64,000 nucleotides of DNA, from assembly GCA_964016885.1 (NCBI GenBank), contig OZ024740.1, positions 423,088,001 to 423,152,000 of the forward strand, given 5' to 3'. Shown here piece by piece: positions 48,771-64,000 of the stretch (the stretch's first letter is position 1; each line of letters starts with the position of its first letter). The notes under the pieces were generated by a model. That model worked only from the letters and a program-made list of their open reading frames with translations. It was not told where the DNA came from and did no database searches. The position numbers and the translations under genes are program-made. The stretch is from Eledone cirrhosa. Its lineage: Eukaryota.

Positions 48771-51700
48771 GCAGACACTCACATATACATACAGGCATTC
48801 ACTCACATATACATACGGGCAGACACACACATATACATACAGGCAGACACTCACATATACATACAGGCATACGCACACATATATATACAGGCAGACACAC
48901 ACATATACATACAGGAAGACACTCACATACATATACAGGCAGACACTCACATATACATACAGGCAGACACACACATATACATACAGGCAGACACACACAT
49001 ATACATACAGGCATACACTCACATATACATACAGGCAGACACTCACATATACATACAGGCATACACTCACATATACATACAGGAAGACACTCACATACAT
49101 ATACAGGCAGACACTCACATATACATACAGGCAGACACTCACATATACATACAGGCAGACACACACATATACATACAGGCAGACACACACATATACATAC
49201 AGGCATACACTCACATATACATACAGGCAGACACTCACATATACATACAGGCATACACTCACATATACATACAGGAAGACACTCACATACATATACAGGC
49301 AGACACTCACATATACATACAGGCAGACACTCACATATACATACAGGCAGACACTCACATATACATACAGGCATACACACACATATATATACAGGCAGAC
49401 ACACACATATACATACAGGCAGACACACACATATACATACAGGCATACACTCACATATACATACAGGCAGAAACTCACATATACACACAGACAGACACAC
49501 ACATATACAACAGGAAGACACTCACATATACATACAGGCAGACACACATATATACATACAGGCAGACACTCACATATACATACAGGCAGACACACACATA
49601 TACATATACAGACAGACACACACATATACATACAGGCAGACACTCACATATACATACAGGCAGACACACACATATACATATACAGGCATACACTCACATA
49701 TACATACAGGCAGACACTCACATATACATACAGGCAGACACACACATATACATACAGGCAGACACACACATATACATAAAAGCAGACACTCACATATACA
49801 TACAGGCAGACACACACCCATATACATACAGGCATACACTCACATATACATATACAGGCATACACTCACATATACATACAGGCAGACACTCACATAAACA
49901 TACAGGCAGACACTCACACATATATACAGGCAGACATTCACATATACATACAGGCAGACACACACATATACATAAAAGCAGACACTCACTTATACATACA
50001 GGCATACACTCACATATACATACAGGCAGACACACACCCATATACATATACAGGCAGACACTCACATATACATACAAGCAGACACTCACATATACATACA
50101 GGCAGACACACCCATATACATACAGGCATACACTCACATATACATACAGGCAGACACACACCCATATACATATACAGGCAGACACTCACATATACATACA
50201 AGCAGACACTCACATATACATACAGGCAGACACTCACATATACATACAGGCAGACACTCACATATACATACAGGCAGACACACACATATACATACAGGCA
50301 GACACTCACATATACATACAGGCAGACACTCACATATACATACAGGCAGACACACACATATACATACAGGCAGACACTCACATATACATACAGGCAGACA
50401 CACACATATACATACAGGCAGACACTCACATATACATACAGGCAGACACTCACATATACATACAGGCAGACACACACATATACATACAGGCAGACACTCA
50501 CATATACATACAGGCAGACACACACATATACATACAGGCAGACACTCACATATACATACAGGCAGACACACACATATACATACAGGCAGACACTCACACA
50601 TATACATACATGCAGACACACACACATATATACAGGCATACACTCACATATACATACAGGCAGACACTCACATATACATACAGGCAGACACACACATATA
50701 CATACAGGCAGACACTCACATATACATACAGGCATACACTCACATATAGATACAGGCAGACACTCACACATATACATACAGGCAGACACTCACACATATA
50801 CATACAGGCAGACACACACATATACATACAGGCAGACACACACATATACATACAGGCAGACACACACATATACATACAGGCAGACACTCACATGTACATA
50901 CAGGCAGACACTCACATATACATACAGGCATACACACACATATACATACAGGAAGACACTCACATATACATATACAGGCAGACACACACATATACATACA
51001 GGCAAACACACACATATACATACAGGCATACACACACATATACATACAGGAAGACACTCACATATACATATACAGGCAGACACACACATATACATACAGG
51101 CAAACACACACATATACATACTGGCAAACACACACATATACATACAGGAAGACACTCACATATACATACAGGCATACACTCACATATACATACAAGCATA
51201 CACTCACATATACATACAGGCAGACACACACATATACATACAGGCAGACACACACATATACATAAAAGCAGACACTCACTTATACATACAGGCATACACT
51301 CACATATACATACAGGCAGACACATACCCATATACATACAGGCATACACTCACATATACATATACAGGCATACACTCACATATACATACAGGCAGACACT
51401 CACATATACATACAGGCAGACACTCACACATATAAACAGGCAGACATTCACATATACATACAGGCAGACACACACATATACATATACAGGCAGACACTCA
51501 CATATACATACAGGCAGACACTCACATATACATACAGGCATACACTCACATATACATACAGGCAGACACTCACACATATACATACAGGCAGAAACTCACA
51601 CATATACATACAGGCAGACACACACATATACATACAGGCAGACACACACATATACATACAGGCAGACACTCACACATATACATACAGGCAGACACTCACA

Positions 51701-54700
51701 TATACATACAGGCATACACTCACATATACATACAGGCATACAGTGACATATACATACAGGCAGACACTCACATATACATACAGGCATACACTCACATATA
51801 CATACAGGCATACACACACATATACATATACAGGCAGACACTCACATATACATACAGGCATACACACACATATACATACAGGCATACACACACATATACA
51901 TACAGGAAGACACTCACATATACATATAGAGGCAGACACACACATATACATACAGGCAGACACACACATAAACATACAGGAAGACACACACATATACATA
52001 TACAGGCAGACACACACATATACATACAGGCAAACACACACATATACATACAGGAAGACACTCACATATACATACAGGCATACACTCACATATACATACA
52101 AGCATACACTCACATATACATACAGGCAGACACACACATACATATACAGGCAGACACACACATATACATACAGGCATACACTCACATATACATACAGGCA
52201 GACACACACATATACATACAGGCATACACTCACATATACATACAGGCAGACACACACATATACATACAGGCATACACACACATATACATACAGGCAGACA
52301 CACACATATACATACAGACAGACACACACATATACATACAGGCAGACACTCACATATACATACAGGCAGACACACACATATACATACAGGCATACACACA
52401 CATATACATACAGGCAGACACACACATATACATACAGGTAGACACACACATATACATACAGGCAGACACTCACATATACATACAGGCAGACACTCACATA
52501 TACATACAGGCAGACACACACACATATACATACAGGCATACACTCACATATACATACAGGCAGACACTCACATATGCATACAGGCAGACATACACATATA
52601 CATACAGGCAGACACACACATATACATACAGACACACACACACATATACATACAGGCATACACTCACATATACATACAGGCAGACACTCACATATGCATA
52701 CAGGAAGACACTCACACATATGCATACAGGCAGACACTCACATATACATACAGGCAGACACACACATATACATACAGCCAGACACACACATATACATACA
52801 GGCATACACTCACATATACATACAGGCATACACACACATATACATACAGGCAGACACTCACATATACATACAGGCAGACACTCACATATACACACAGACA
52901 GACACACACATATACAACAGGAAGACACTCACATATACATACAGGCAGACACACACATATACATACAGGCAGACACTCACATATACATACAGGCAGACAC
53001 ACACATATACATACGGGCAGACACACACATATACATACAGGCAGACACACACATATACATACAGACACACACACACATATACATACAGGCATACACTCAC
53101 ATATACATACAGGGTGACACTCACATATGCATACAGGCAGACACTCACATATACATACAGGCAGACACACACATATATATACAGGCAGACACTCACATAC
53201 ATATACAGACAGACACTCACATATACATACAGGCATACACTCACATATACATACAGGCAGACACTCACATATACATACAGGCATACACACACATATACAT
53301 ACAGGCATACACTCACATATACATACAGGCAGACACACACATATACATACAGGCAGACACTCACATGTACATACATGCAGACACACACATATACATACAG
53401 GCAGACACACATATATACATACAGGCAGACACACACATATATATAGAGGCAGACACTCACACATATACATACAGGCAGACACACACATATACATACAGGC
53501 AGACACACACATATACATACAGGCAGACACACACACGTACATACAGGCAGACACACACATATACATACAGGCAGACACACACATATACATACAGGCAGAC
53601 ACACACATATACATACAGGCAGACACACACATATATATACAGGCAGACACACACATATACATACAGGCAGACACACACATATACATACAGCCAGACACAC
53701 ACATATACATACAGGCAGACACACACATATACATACAGACAGACACACACATATACATACAGGCAGACACACACATATACATACAGGCAGACACACACAT
53801 ATACATACAGACAGATACACACATATATATACAGGCAGACACTCACACATATACATACAGGCAGACACTCACATATACATACAGGCAGACACTCACATAT
53901 ACATACAGGCATACACTCACATATACATACAGGCAGACACTCACATATACACACAGGCAGACACTCACATATACATACAGGCATACGCACACATATATAT
54001 ACAGGCAGACACACACATATACATACAGGAAGACACTCACATACATATACAGGCAGACACTCACATATACATACAGGCAGACACACACATATACATACAG
54101 GCAGACACACACATATACATACAGGCATACACTCACATATACATACAGGCAGACACTCACATATACATACAGGCATACACTCACATATACATACAGGAAG
54201 ACACTCACATACATATACAGGCAGACACTCACATATACATACAGGCAGACACTCACATATACATACAGGCAGACACACACATATACATACAGGCAGACAC
54301 ACACATATACATACAGGCATACACTCACATATACATACAGGCAGACACACACATATACATACAGGCATACACTCACATATACATACAGGAAGACACTCAC
54401 ATACATATACAGGCAGACACTCACATATACATACAGGCAGACACTCACATATACATACAGGCAGACACTCACATATACATACAGGCATACACACACATAT
54501 ATACACAGGCAGACACACACATATACATACAGGCAGACACACACATATACATACAGGCATACACTCACATATACATACAGGCAGAAACTCACATATACAC
54601 ACAGACAGACACACACATATACAACAGGAAGACACTCACATATACATACAGGCAGACACACATATATACATACAGGCAGACACTCACATATACATACAGG

Positions 54701-55449
54701 CAGACACACACATATACATATACAGACAGACACACACATATACATACAGGCAGACACTCACATATACATACAGGCAGACACACACATATACATATACAGA
54801 CAGACACAAACATATACATACAGGCACACACTCACATATACATACAGGCAGACACACATATATACATACAGGCAGACATACACACATATACATACAGGCA
54901 GACACTCACATATACATATACAGGCAGACACTCACATATACATACAGACACACACACACATATACATACAGGCATACACTCACATATACATACAGGGTGA
55001 CACTCACATATACATACAGGCAGACACTCACATATACATATACAGGCAGACACTCACATATACATACAGACACACACACACATATACATACAGGCATACA
55101 CTCACATATACATACAGGCAGACACACACATATACATACAGGCAGACACTCACATATACATACAGGCAGACACACACATATACATATACAGGCATACACT
55201 CACATATACATACAGGCAGACACTCACATATACATACAGGCACACACACACATATACATACAGGCAGACACACACATATACATACAGGCAGACACTGACA
55301 CATATACATACAGGCACACACACACATATACATACAGGCAGACACACACATATACATACAGGCAGACACTGACACATATACATACAGGCAGACACACACA
55401 TATACATACGGGCAGACACACACATATACATACAGGCAGACACTGACAC

Positions 55450-58400
55450 ATATACACACAGACAGACACACACATATACATACAGGCAGACACTCACATA
55501 TACATACAGGCAGACACTCACATATACACACAGACAGACACACACATATACATACAGGCAGACACTCACATATACATACAGGCAGACACTCACATATACA
55601 CACAGACAGACACTCACATATACATACAGGCAGACACTCACATATACATACAGGCAGACACTCACATATACATACAGGTAGACACACACATATACATACA
55701 GGCAGACACTCACATATACATACAGGCAGACACTCACATATACATACAGGCAGACACTCACATATACATACAGGCAGACACACACATATACATACAGGCA
55801 GACACACACATATACATACAGGCAGACACTCACATATACATACAGGCAGACACTCACATATACATACAGGCAGACACATACATATACATACGGGCAGACA
55901 CACACATATACATACAGGCAGACACACACATATACATACAGACACACACACACATATACATACAGGCATACACTCACATATACATACAGGCAGACACTCA
56001 CATATGCATACAGGCAGACACTCACATATACATACAGGCAGACACTCACGTATGCATACAGGCAGACACTCACATATACATACAGGCAGACACACACATA
56101 TACATACAGGCAGACACTCACGTATGCATACAGGCAGACACTCACATATACATACAGGCATACACACACATATACATACAGGCATACACTCACATATACA
56201 TACAGGCAGACACTCACATGTACATACAGGCATACACTCACATATACATACAGGCAGACACTCACATATACATACAGGCATACACACACATATACATTCA
56301 GGCATACACTCACATATACATACAGGCAGACACACACATATACATACAGGCAGACACTCACATGTACATACAGGCAGACACTCACATATACATACAGGCA
56401 GACACACACATATATATACAGGCAGACACTCACACATATACATACAGGCAGACACACACATATACATACAGGCAGACACACACATATACATACAGGCAGA
56501 CACACACACGTACATACAGGCAGACACACACACGTACATACAGGCAGAGACACACATATACATACAGGCAGACACACACATATACATACAGGCAAACACA
56601 CACATATATATACAGGCAGACACTCACACATATACATACAGGCAGACACTCACATATACATACAGGCAGACACACACATATGCATACAGACACACACACA
56701 CATATACATACAGGCATACACTCACATATACATACAGGCAGACACTCACATATGCATACAGGCAGACACTCACACATATACATACAGGCAGACACTCACA
56801 TATACATACAGGCAGACACACACATATATATACAGGCAGACACTCACACATATACATACAGGCAGACACACACATATACATACAGGCAGACACACACATA
56901 AACATACAGGCAGACACACACATATACATACAGGCATACACTCACATATACATACAGGCAGACACTCACATATACACACAGACAGACACACACATATACA
57001 ACAGGAAGACACTCACATATACATACAGGCAGACACACACATATACATATACAGAGAGACACACACATATACATACAGGCAGACACTCACATATACATAC
57101 AGGCAGACACACACATATACATATACAGAGAGACACACACATATACATACAGGCAGACACTCACATATACATACAGGCAGACACTCACATATACATACAG
57201 GCACACACATATACATACAGGCAGACACACACATATACATACAGGCAGACACTGACACATATACATACAGGCAGACACACACATATACATACAGGCAGAC
57301 ACTCACATATACACACAGACAGACACACACATATACATACAGGCAGACACTCACATATACATACAGGCAGACACTCACATATACACACAGACAGACACAC
57401 ACATATACATACAGGCAGACACTCACATATACATACAGGCAGACACTCACATATACACACAGACAGACACACACATATACATACAGGCAGACACTCACAT
57501 ATACATACAGGCAGACACTCACATATACACACAGACAGACACTCACATATACATACAGGCAGACACTCACATATACATACAGGCAGACACTCACATATAC
57601 ATACAGGTAGACACACACATATACATACAGGCAGACACTCACATATATATACAGGCAGACACTCACATATACATACAGGCAGACACTCACATATACATAC
57701 AGGCAGACACACACATATACGTACAGGCAGACACACACATATACATACAGGCAGACACTGACACATATACATACAGGCATACACTCACATATACATACAG
57801 GCAGACACTCACATATACATACAGGCAGACACTCACATATACATACAGGTAGACACACACATATACATACAGGCAGACACTCACATATACATACAGGCAG
57901 ACACTCACATATACATACAGGCAGACACATACATATACATACGGGCAGACACACACATATACATACAGGCAGACACACACATATACATACAGACACACAC
58001 ACACATATACATACAGGCATACACTCACATATACATACAGGCAGACACTCACATATGCATACAGGCAGACACTCACATATACATACAGGCAGACACTCAC
58101 GTATGCATACAGGCAGACACTCACATATACATACAGGCAGACACACACATATACATACAGGCAGACACTCACGTATGCATACAGGCAGACACTCACATAT
58201 ACATACAGGCAGACACACACATATACATACAGGCATACACTCACATTTACATACAGGCAGACACTCACATGTACATACAGGCATACACTCACATATACAT
58301 ACAGGCAGACACTCACATATACATACAGGCATACACACACATATACATACAGGCATACACTCACATATACATACAGGCAGACACTCACATGTACATACAG

Positions 58401-59420
58401 GCATACACTCACATATACATACAGGCAGACACTCACATATACATACAGGCAGACACACACATATATATACAGGCAGACACACACATATACATTCAGGCAT
58501 ACACTCACATATACATACAGGCAGACACACACATATACATACAGGCAGACACTCACATGTACATACAGGCAGACACACACATATACATACAGGCAGACAC
58601 ACAATTATACATACAGGCAGACACACACATATATATACAGGCAGACACTCACACATATACATACAGGCAGACACACACATATACATACAGGCAGACACAC
58701 ACATATACATACAGGCAGACACACACACGTACATACAGGCAGACACACACACGTACATACAGGCAGAGACACACATATACATACAGGCAGACACACACAT
58801 ATACATACAGGCAAACACACACATATATATACAGGCAGACACTCACACATATACATACAGGCAGACACTCACATATACATACAGGCAGACACACACATAT
58901 GCATACAGACACACACACACATATACATACAGGCATACACTCACATATACATACAGGCAGACACTCACATATGCATACAGGCAGACACTCACACATATAC
59001 ATACAGGCAGACACTCACATATACATACAGGCAGACACACACATATATATACAGGCAGACACTCACACATATACATACAGGCAGACACACACATATACAT
59101 ACAGGCAGACACACACATAAACATACAGGCAGACACACACATATACATACAGGCATACACTCACATATACATACAGGCAGACACTCACATATACACACAG
59201 ACAGACACACACATATACAACAGGAAGACACTCACATATACATACAGGCAGACACACACATATACATATACAGAGAGACACACACATATACATACAGGCA
59301 GACACTCACATATACATACAGGCAGACACACACATATACATATACAGAGAGACACACACATATACATACAGGCAGACACTCACATATACATACAGGCAGA
59401 CACTCACATATACATACAGG
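55450..59420 (+). repeat. ~2.05-2.22-kb imperfect duplication in the second super-repeat copy
   Basis: cgggcag at 55891/57942 (+2051), and ORF matches 56004/58055 (+2051), 56624/58843 and 56770/58989 (+2219). Confidence 0.8.
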
Positions 59421-62400
59421 CAGACACTCACACATATACATACAGGCAGACACACACATATACATACAGGCAGACACACACATATACATACAGGCAGACA
59501 CACACATATACATACAGGCAGACACACACACGTACATACAGGCAGACACACACATATACATACAGGCAGACACACACATATACATACAGGCAGACACACA
59601 CATATATATACAGGCAGACACACACATATACATACAGGCAGACACACACATATACATACAGGCAGACACACACATATACATACAGGCAGACACTCACATG
59701 TACATACAGGTAGACACACACATATACATACAGGCAGACACACATATATACATACAGGCAGACACTCACATATACATACAGGCAGACACACACATATACA
59801 TATACAGACAGACACACACATATACATACAGGCAGACACTCACATATACATACAGGCAGACACACACATATACATATACAGACAGACACAAACATATACA
59901 TACAGGTACACACTCACATATACATACAGGCAGACACACATATATACATACAGGCAGACATACACATATACATACAGGCAGACACTCACATATACATACA
60001 GGCAGACACACACATATACATACAGGCAGTCACTCACATATACATACAGGCAGACACACACATATACATACAGGCATACACACACATATACATACAGGCA
60101 GACACACACATATACATACAGACAGACACACACAGACATACAGGCAGACACTCACATATACATACAGGCAGACACTCACATATACATACAGGCAGACACA
60201 CACATATACATACAGGCAGACACACATACATATACATACAGGCAGACACTCACATATATATACATTCAGGCAGACACACACATATACATACAGGCAGACA
60301 CTCACATATACATACAGGAAGACACACACATATACATACAGGCAGACACACACACATATACATACAGCAGACACACACATATACATACAGGCAGACACAC
60401 ACACATATACATACAGGCAGACACTCACATATACATACAGGCAGACACACACATATACATACAGGCAGACACACACATATACATACAGGCATACACTCAC
60501 ATATACATACAGGCAGACACTCACATATAAATACAGGCAGACACACACATATACATACAGGCATACACTCACATATACATACAGGCAGACACACACATAT
60601 ACATACAGGCAGACACACACATATACATATACAGGCAGACACTCACATATACATACAGGCAGACACACACCCATATACATACAGGCAGACACACCCATAT
60701 ACATACAGGCAGACACACACATATACATACAGGAAGACACACATATATACATACAGGCAGACACTCACATATACATACAGGCAGACACACACATATACAT
60801 ACAGGCAGACACACACATATACATACAGGCATACACTCACATATACATACAGGTAGACACACATATATACATACAGGCAGACACTCACATATACATACAG
60901 GCAGACACACACATATACATACAGGCAGACACACACATATACATACAGGCAGACACACACATATACATACAGGCATACACTCACATATACATACAGGTAG
61001 ACACACACATATACATACAGGCAGACACACCCATATACATACAGGCAGACACACCCATATACATACAGGCAGACACTCACATATACATACAGGCAGACAC
61101 TCACATATACATACAGGCAGACACACACATATACATACAGGCAGATACACACATATACATACAGGCAGACACACACATATACATACAGGCATACACTCAC
61201 ATATACATACAGGCATACACTCACATATACATACAGGCAGACACTGACACATATACATACAGGCAGACACACACATATACATACAGGCAGACACACACAT
61301 ATACATACAGACAGACACACACATATACATACAGGCAGACACTCACATATACATACAGGCAGACACACACATATACATACAGGCAGACACTCACATATAC
61401 ATACAGGCAGACATTCCCATATACATACAGGCATACACTCACATATACATACAGGCAGACATTCCCATATACATACAGGCAGAAACTCACATATACATAC
61501 AGGCAGACACACACATATACATACAGGCAGACACACACATATACATAAAAGCAGACACTCACTTATACATACAGGCATACACTCACATATACATACAGGC
61601 AGACACACACCCATATACATACAGGCATACACTCACATATACATATACAGGCATACACTCACATATACATACAGGCAGACACTCACATAAACATACAGGC
61701 AGACACTCACACATATATACAGGCAGACATTCACATATACATACAGGCATACACTCACATATACATACAGGCAGACACACACCCATATACATATACAGGC
61801 AGACACTCACATATACATACAAGCAGACACTCACATATACATACAGGCAGACACACCCATATACATACAGGCATACACTCACATATACATACAGGCAGAC
61901 ACACACATATACATACAGGCAGACACTCACATATACATACAGGCAGACACTCACATATACATACAGGCAGACACATATACATACAGGCAGACACTCACAT
62001 ATACATACAGGCAGACACACACATATACATACAGGCAGACACTCACATATACATACAGGCAGACACTCACATATACATACAGGCAGACACACACATATAC
62101 ATACAGGCAGACACTCACATATACATACAGGCAGACACACACATATACATACAGGCAGACACTCACATATACATACAGGCAGACACACACATATACATAC
62201 AGGCAGACACTCACACATATACATACAGGCAGACACACACACATATATACAGGCATACACTCACATATACATACAGGCAGACACTCACATATACATACAG
62301 GCAGACACACACATATACATACAGGCAGACACTCACATATACATACAGGCATACACTCACATATAGATACAGGCAGACACTCACACATATACATACAGGC

Positions 62401-64000
62401 AGACACTCACACATATACATACAGGCAGACACACACATATACATACAGGCAGACATACACATATACATACAGGCAGACACTCACACATATACATACAGGC
62501 AGACACTCACATATACATACAGGCATACACTCACATATACATACAGGCATACACTCACATATACATACAGGCAGACACTCACATATACATACAGGCATAC
62601 ACTCACATATTCATACAGGCATACACACACATATACATATACATATACAGGCAGACACTCACATATACATACAGGCATACACACACATATACATACAGGC
62701 ATACACACACATATACATACAGGAAGACACTCACATATACATATACAGGCAGACACACACATATACATACAGGCAAACACACACATATACATACAGGAAG
62801 ACACTCACATATACATACAGGCATACACTCACATATACATACAAGCATACACTCACATATACATACAGGCAGACACACACATATACATACAGGCAGACAC
62901 ACACATATACATAAAAGCAGACACTCACTTATACATACAGGCATACACTCACATATACATACAGGCAGACACACACCCATATACATACAGGCATACACTC
63001 ACATATACATATACAGGCATACACTCACATATACATACAGGCAGACACTCACATATACATACAGGCAGACACTCACACATATATACAGGCAGACATTCAC
63101 ATATACATACAGGCAGACACACACATATACATATACAGGCAGACACTCACATATACATACAAGCAGACACTCACATATACATACAGGCAGACACTCACAT
63201 ATACATACAGGCAGACACTCACATATACATACAGGCATACACTCACATATACATACAGGCAGACACTCACACATATACATACAGGCAGACACTCACACAT
63301 ATACATACAGGCAGACACACACATATACATACAGGCAGACACACACATATACATACAGGCAGACACTCACACATATACATACAGGCAGACACTCACATAT
63401 ACATACAGGCATACACTCACATATACATACAGGCATACACTGACATATACATACAGGCAGACACTCACATATACATACAGGCATACACTCACATATACAT
63501 ACAGGCATACACACACATATACATATACAGGCAGACACTCACATATACATACAGGCATACACACACATATACATACAGGCATACACACACATATACATAC
63601 AGGAAGACACTCACATATACATATACAGGCAGACACACACATATACATACAGGCAGACACACACATAAACATACAGGAAGACACTCACATATACATATAC
63701 AGGCAGACACACACATATACATACAGGCAAACACACACATATACATACAGGAAGACACTCACATATACATACAGGCAGACACACACATACATATACAGGC
63801 AGACACTCACATATACATACAGGCAGACACACACATATACATACAGGCATACACTCACATATACATACAGGCAGACACACACATATACATACAGGCATAC
63901 ACACACATATACATACAGGCAGACACACACATATACATACAGACAGACACACACATATACATACAGGCAGACACTCACATATACATACAGGCAGACACAC

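Larger units (their letters stand above)
4864..64000 (+). repeat. 24-bp satellite/minisatellite array, consensus CATATACATACAGGCAGACAC(A/T)CA
   Basis: Uninterrupted head-to-tail monomers in one orientation for 59 kb (about 2,400 units, estimated from length). Common variants are CACA/CTCA, GGCAG/GGCAT/GGAAG/GGTAG/GACAG, and 26-bp units with an extra CA or TA. The array continues past the window end. Confidence 0.99.
20070..64000 (+). repeat. ~19-21-kb higher-order super-repeat: copies start at ~20.07, ~38.82 and ~60.03 kb (third truncated by the window)
   Basis: Colinear ORF-track matches at offsets +18748 (20076/38824), +18674 (24463/43137), +18649 (27377/46026), +19759 (28898/48657 to 35147/54906), +21206 (38824/60030) and +39954 (20076/60030, 23339/63293). 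Confidence 0.9.

Noticed and set aside
5550-61548. Very long + strand ORFs (up to 1304 aa) encoding HTGRHSHI / YIQADTHI / TYTYRQTH repeats, superficially His-rich structural proteins
   Set aside because: The 24-bp unit has no stop codon in any + frame, so long ORFs are automatic. The translations switch among all three repeat frames at each 26-bp monomer, have no unique N- or C-terminal domain, and overlap each other on both strands.
4682-64000. Minus-strand Cys-rich ORFs (CLPVCICE repeats) resembling metallothionein or keratin-associated proteins
   Set aside because: These are the reverse-complement translation of the same satellite. Frame is not conserved and there is no gene structure.
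4864-64000. CRISPR-like array (regular ~24-bp repeats)
   Set aside because: There are no unique spacers and no cas genes, and the context is eukaryotic.
4864-64000. Telomeric repeat array
   Set aside because: There are no TTAGGG-type units. The monomer heterogeneity and multi-kb block duplications fit recombination-driven satellite rather than telomerase-templated repeats.

Overview
This is eukaryotic, non-coding and repeat-dominated DNA, and I cannot support any protein-coding gene in it. It is probably from an octopus or other cephalopod, which I infer from a SINE fragment I recall from Octopus genomes and from the microsatellite load. Bases 1-1860 are a compound (TA)n/(TG)n microsatellite field. 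Bases ~1.9-4.4 kb are the only non-simple island. That island holds a well-formed type I hammerhead ribozyme motif (2323-2373) just downstream of CCAAT/TATA boxes, a second degenerate hammerhead-like motif on the opposite strand facing it across a (TA)35(TG)14 tract, and a 5'-truncated tRNA-type SINE inserted into one copy of a 142-bp tandem duplication whose sister copy preserves the empty site. From ~4864 to the end of the window (59 kb, roughly 2,400 monomers) runs a single head-to-tail 24-bp satellite, CATATACATACAGGCAGACAC(A/T)CA. Rare monomer variants reveal nested higher-order duplications of about 0.25-0.44, 1.1, 1.4, 2.1, 4.65 and 19-21 kb. All long ORFs in the supplied track are by-products of the repeats.
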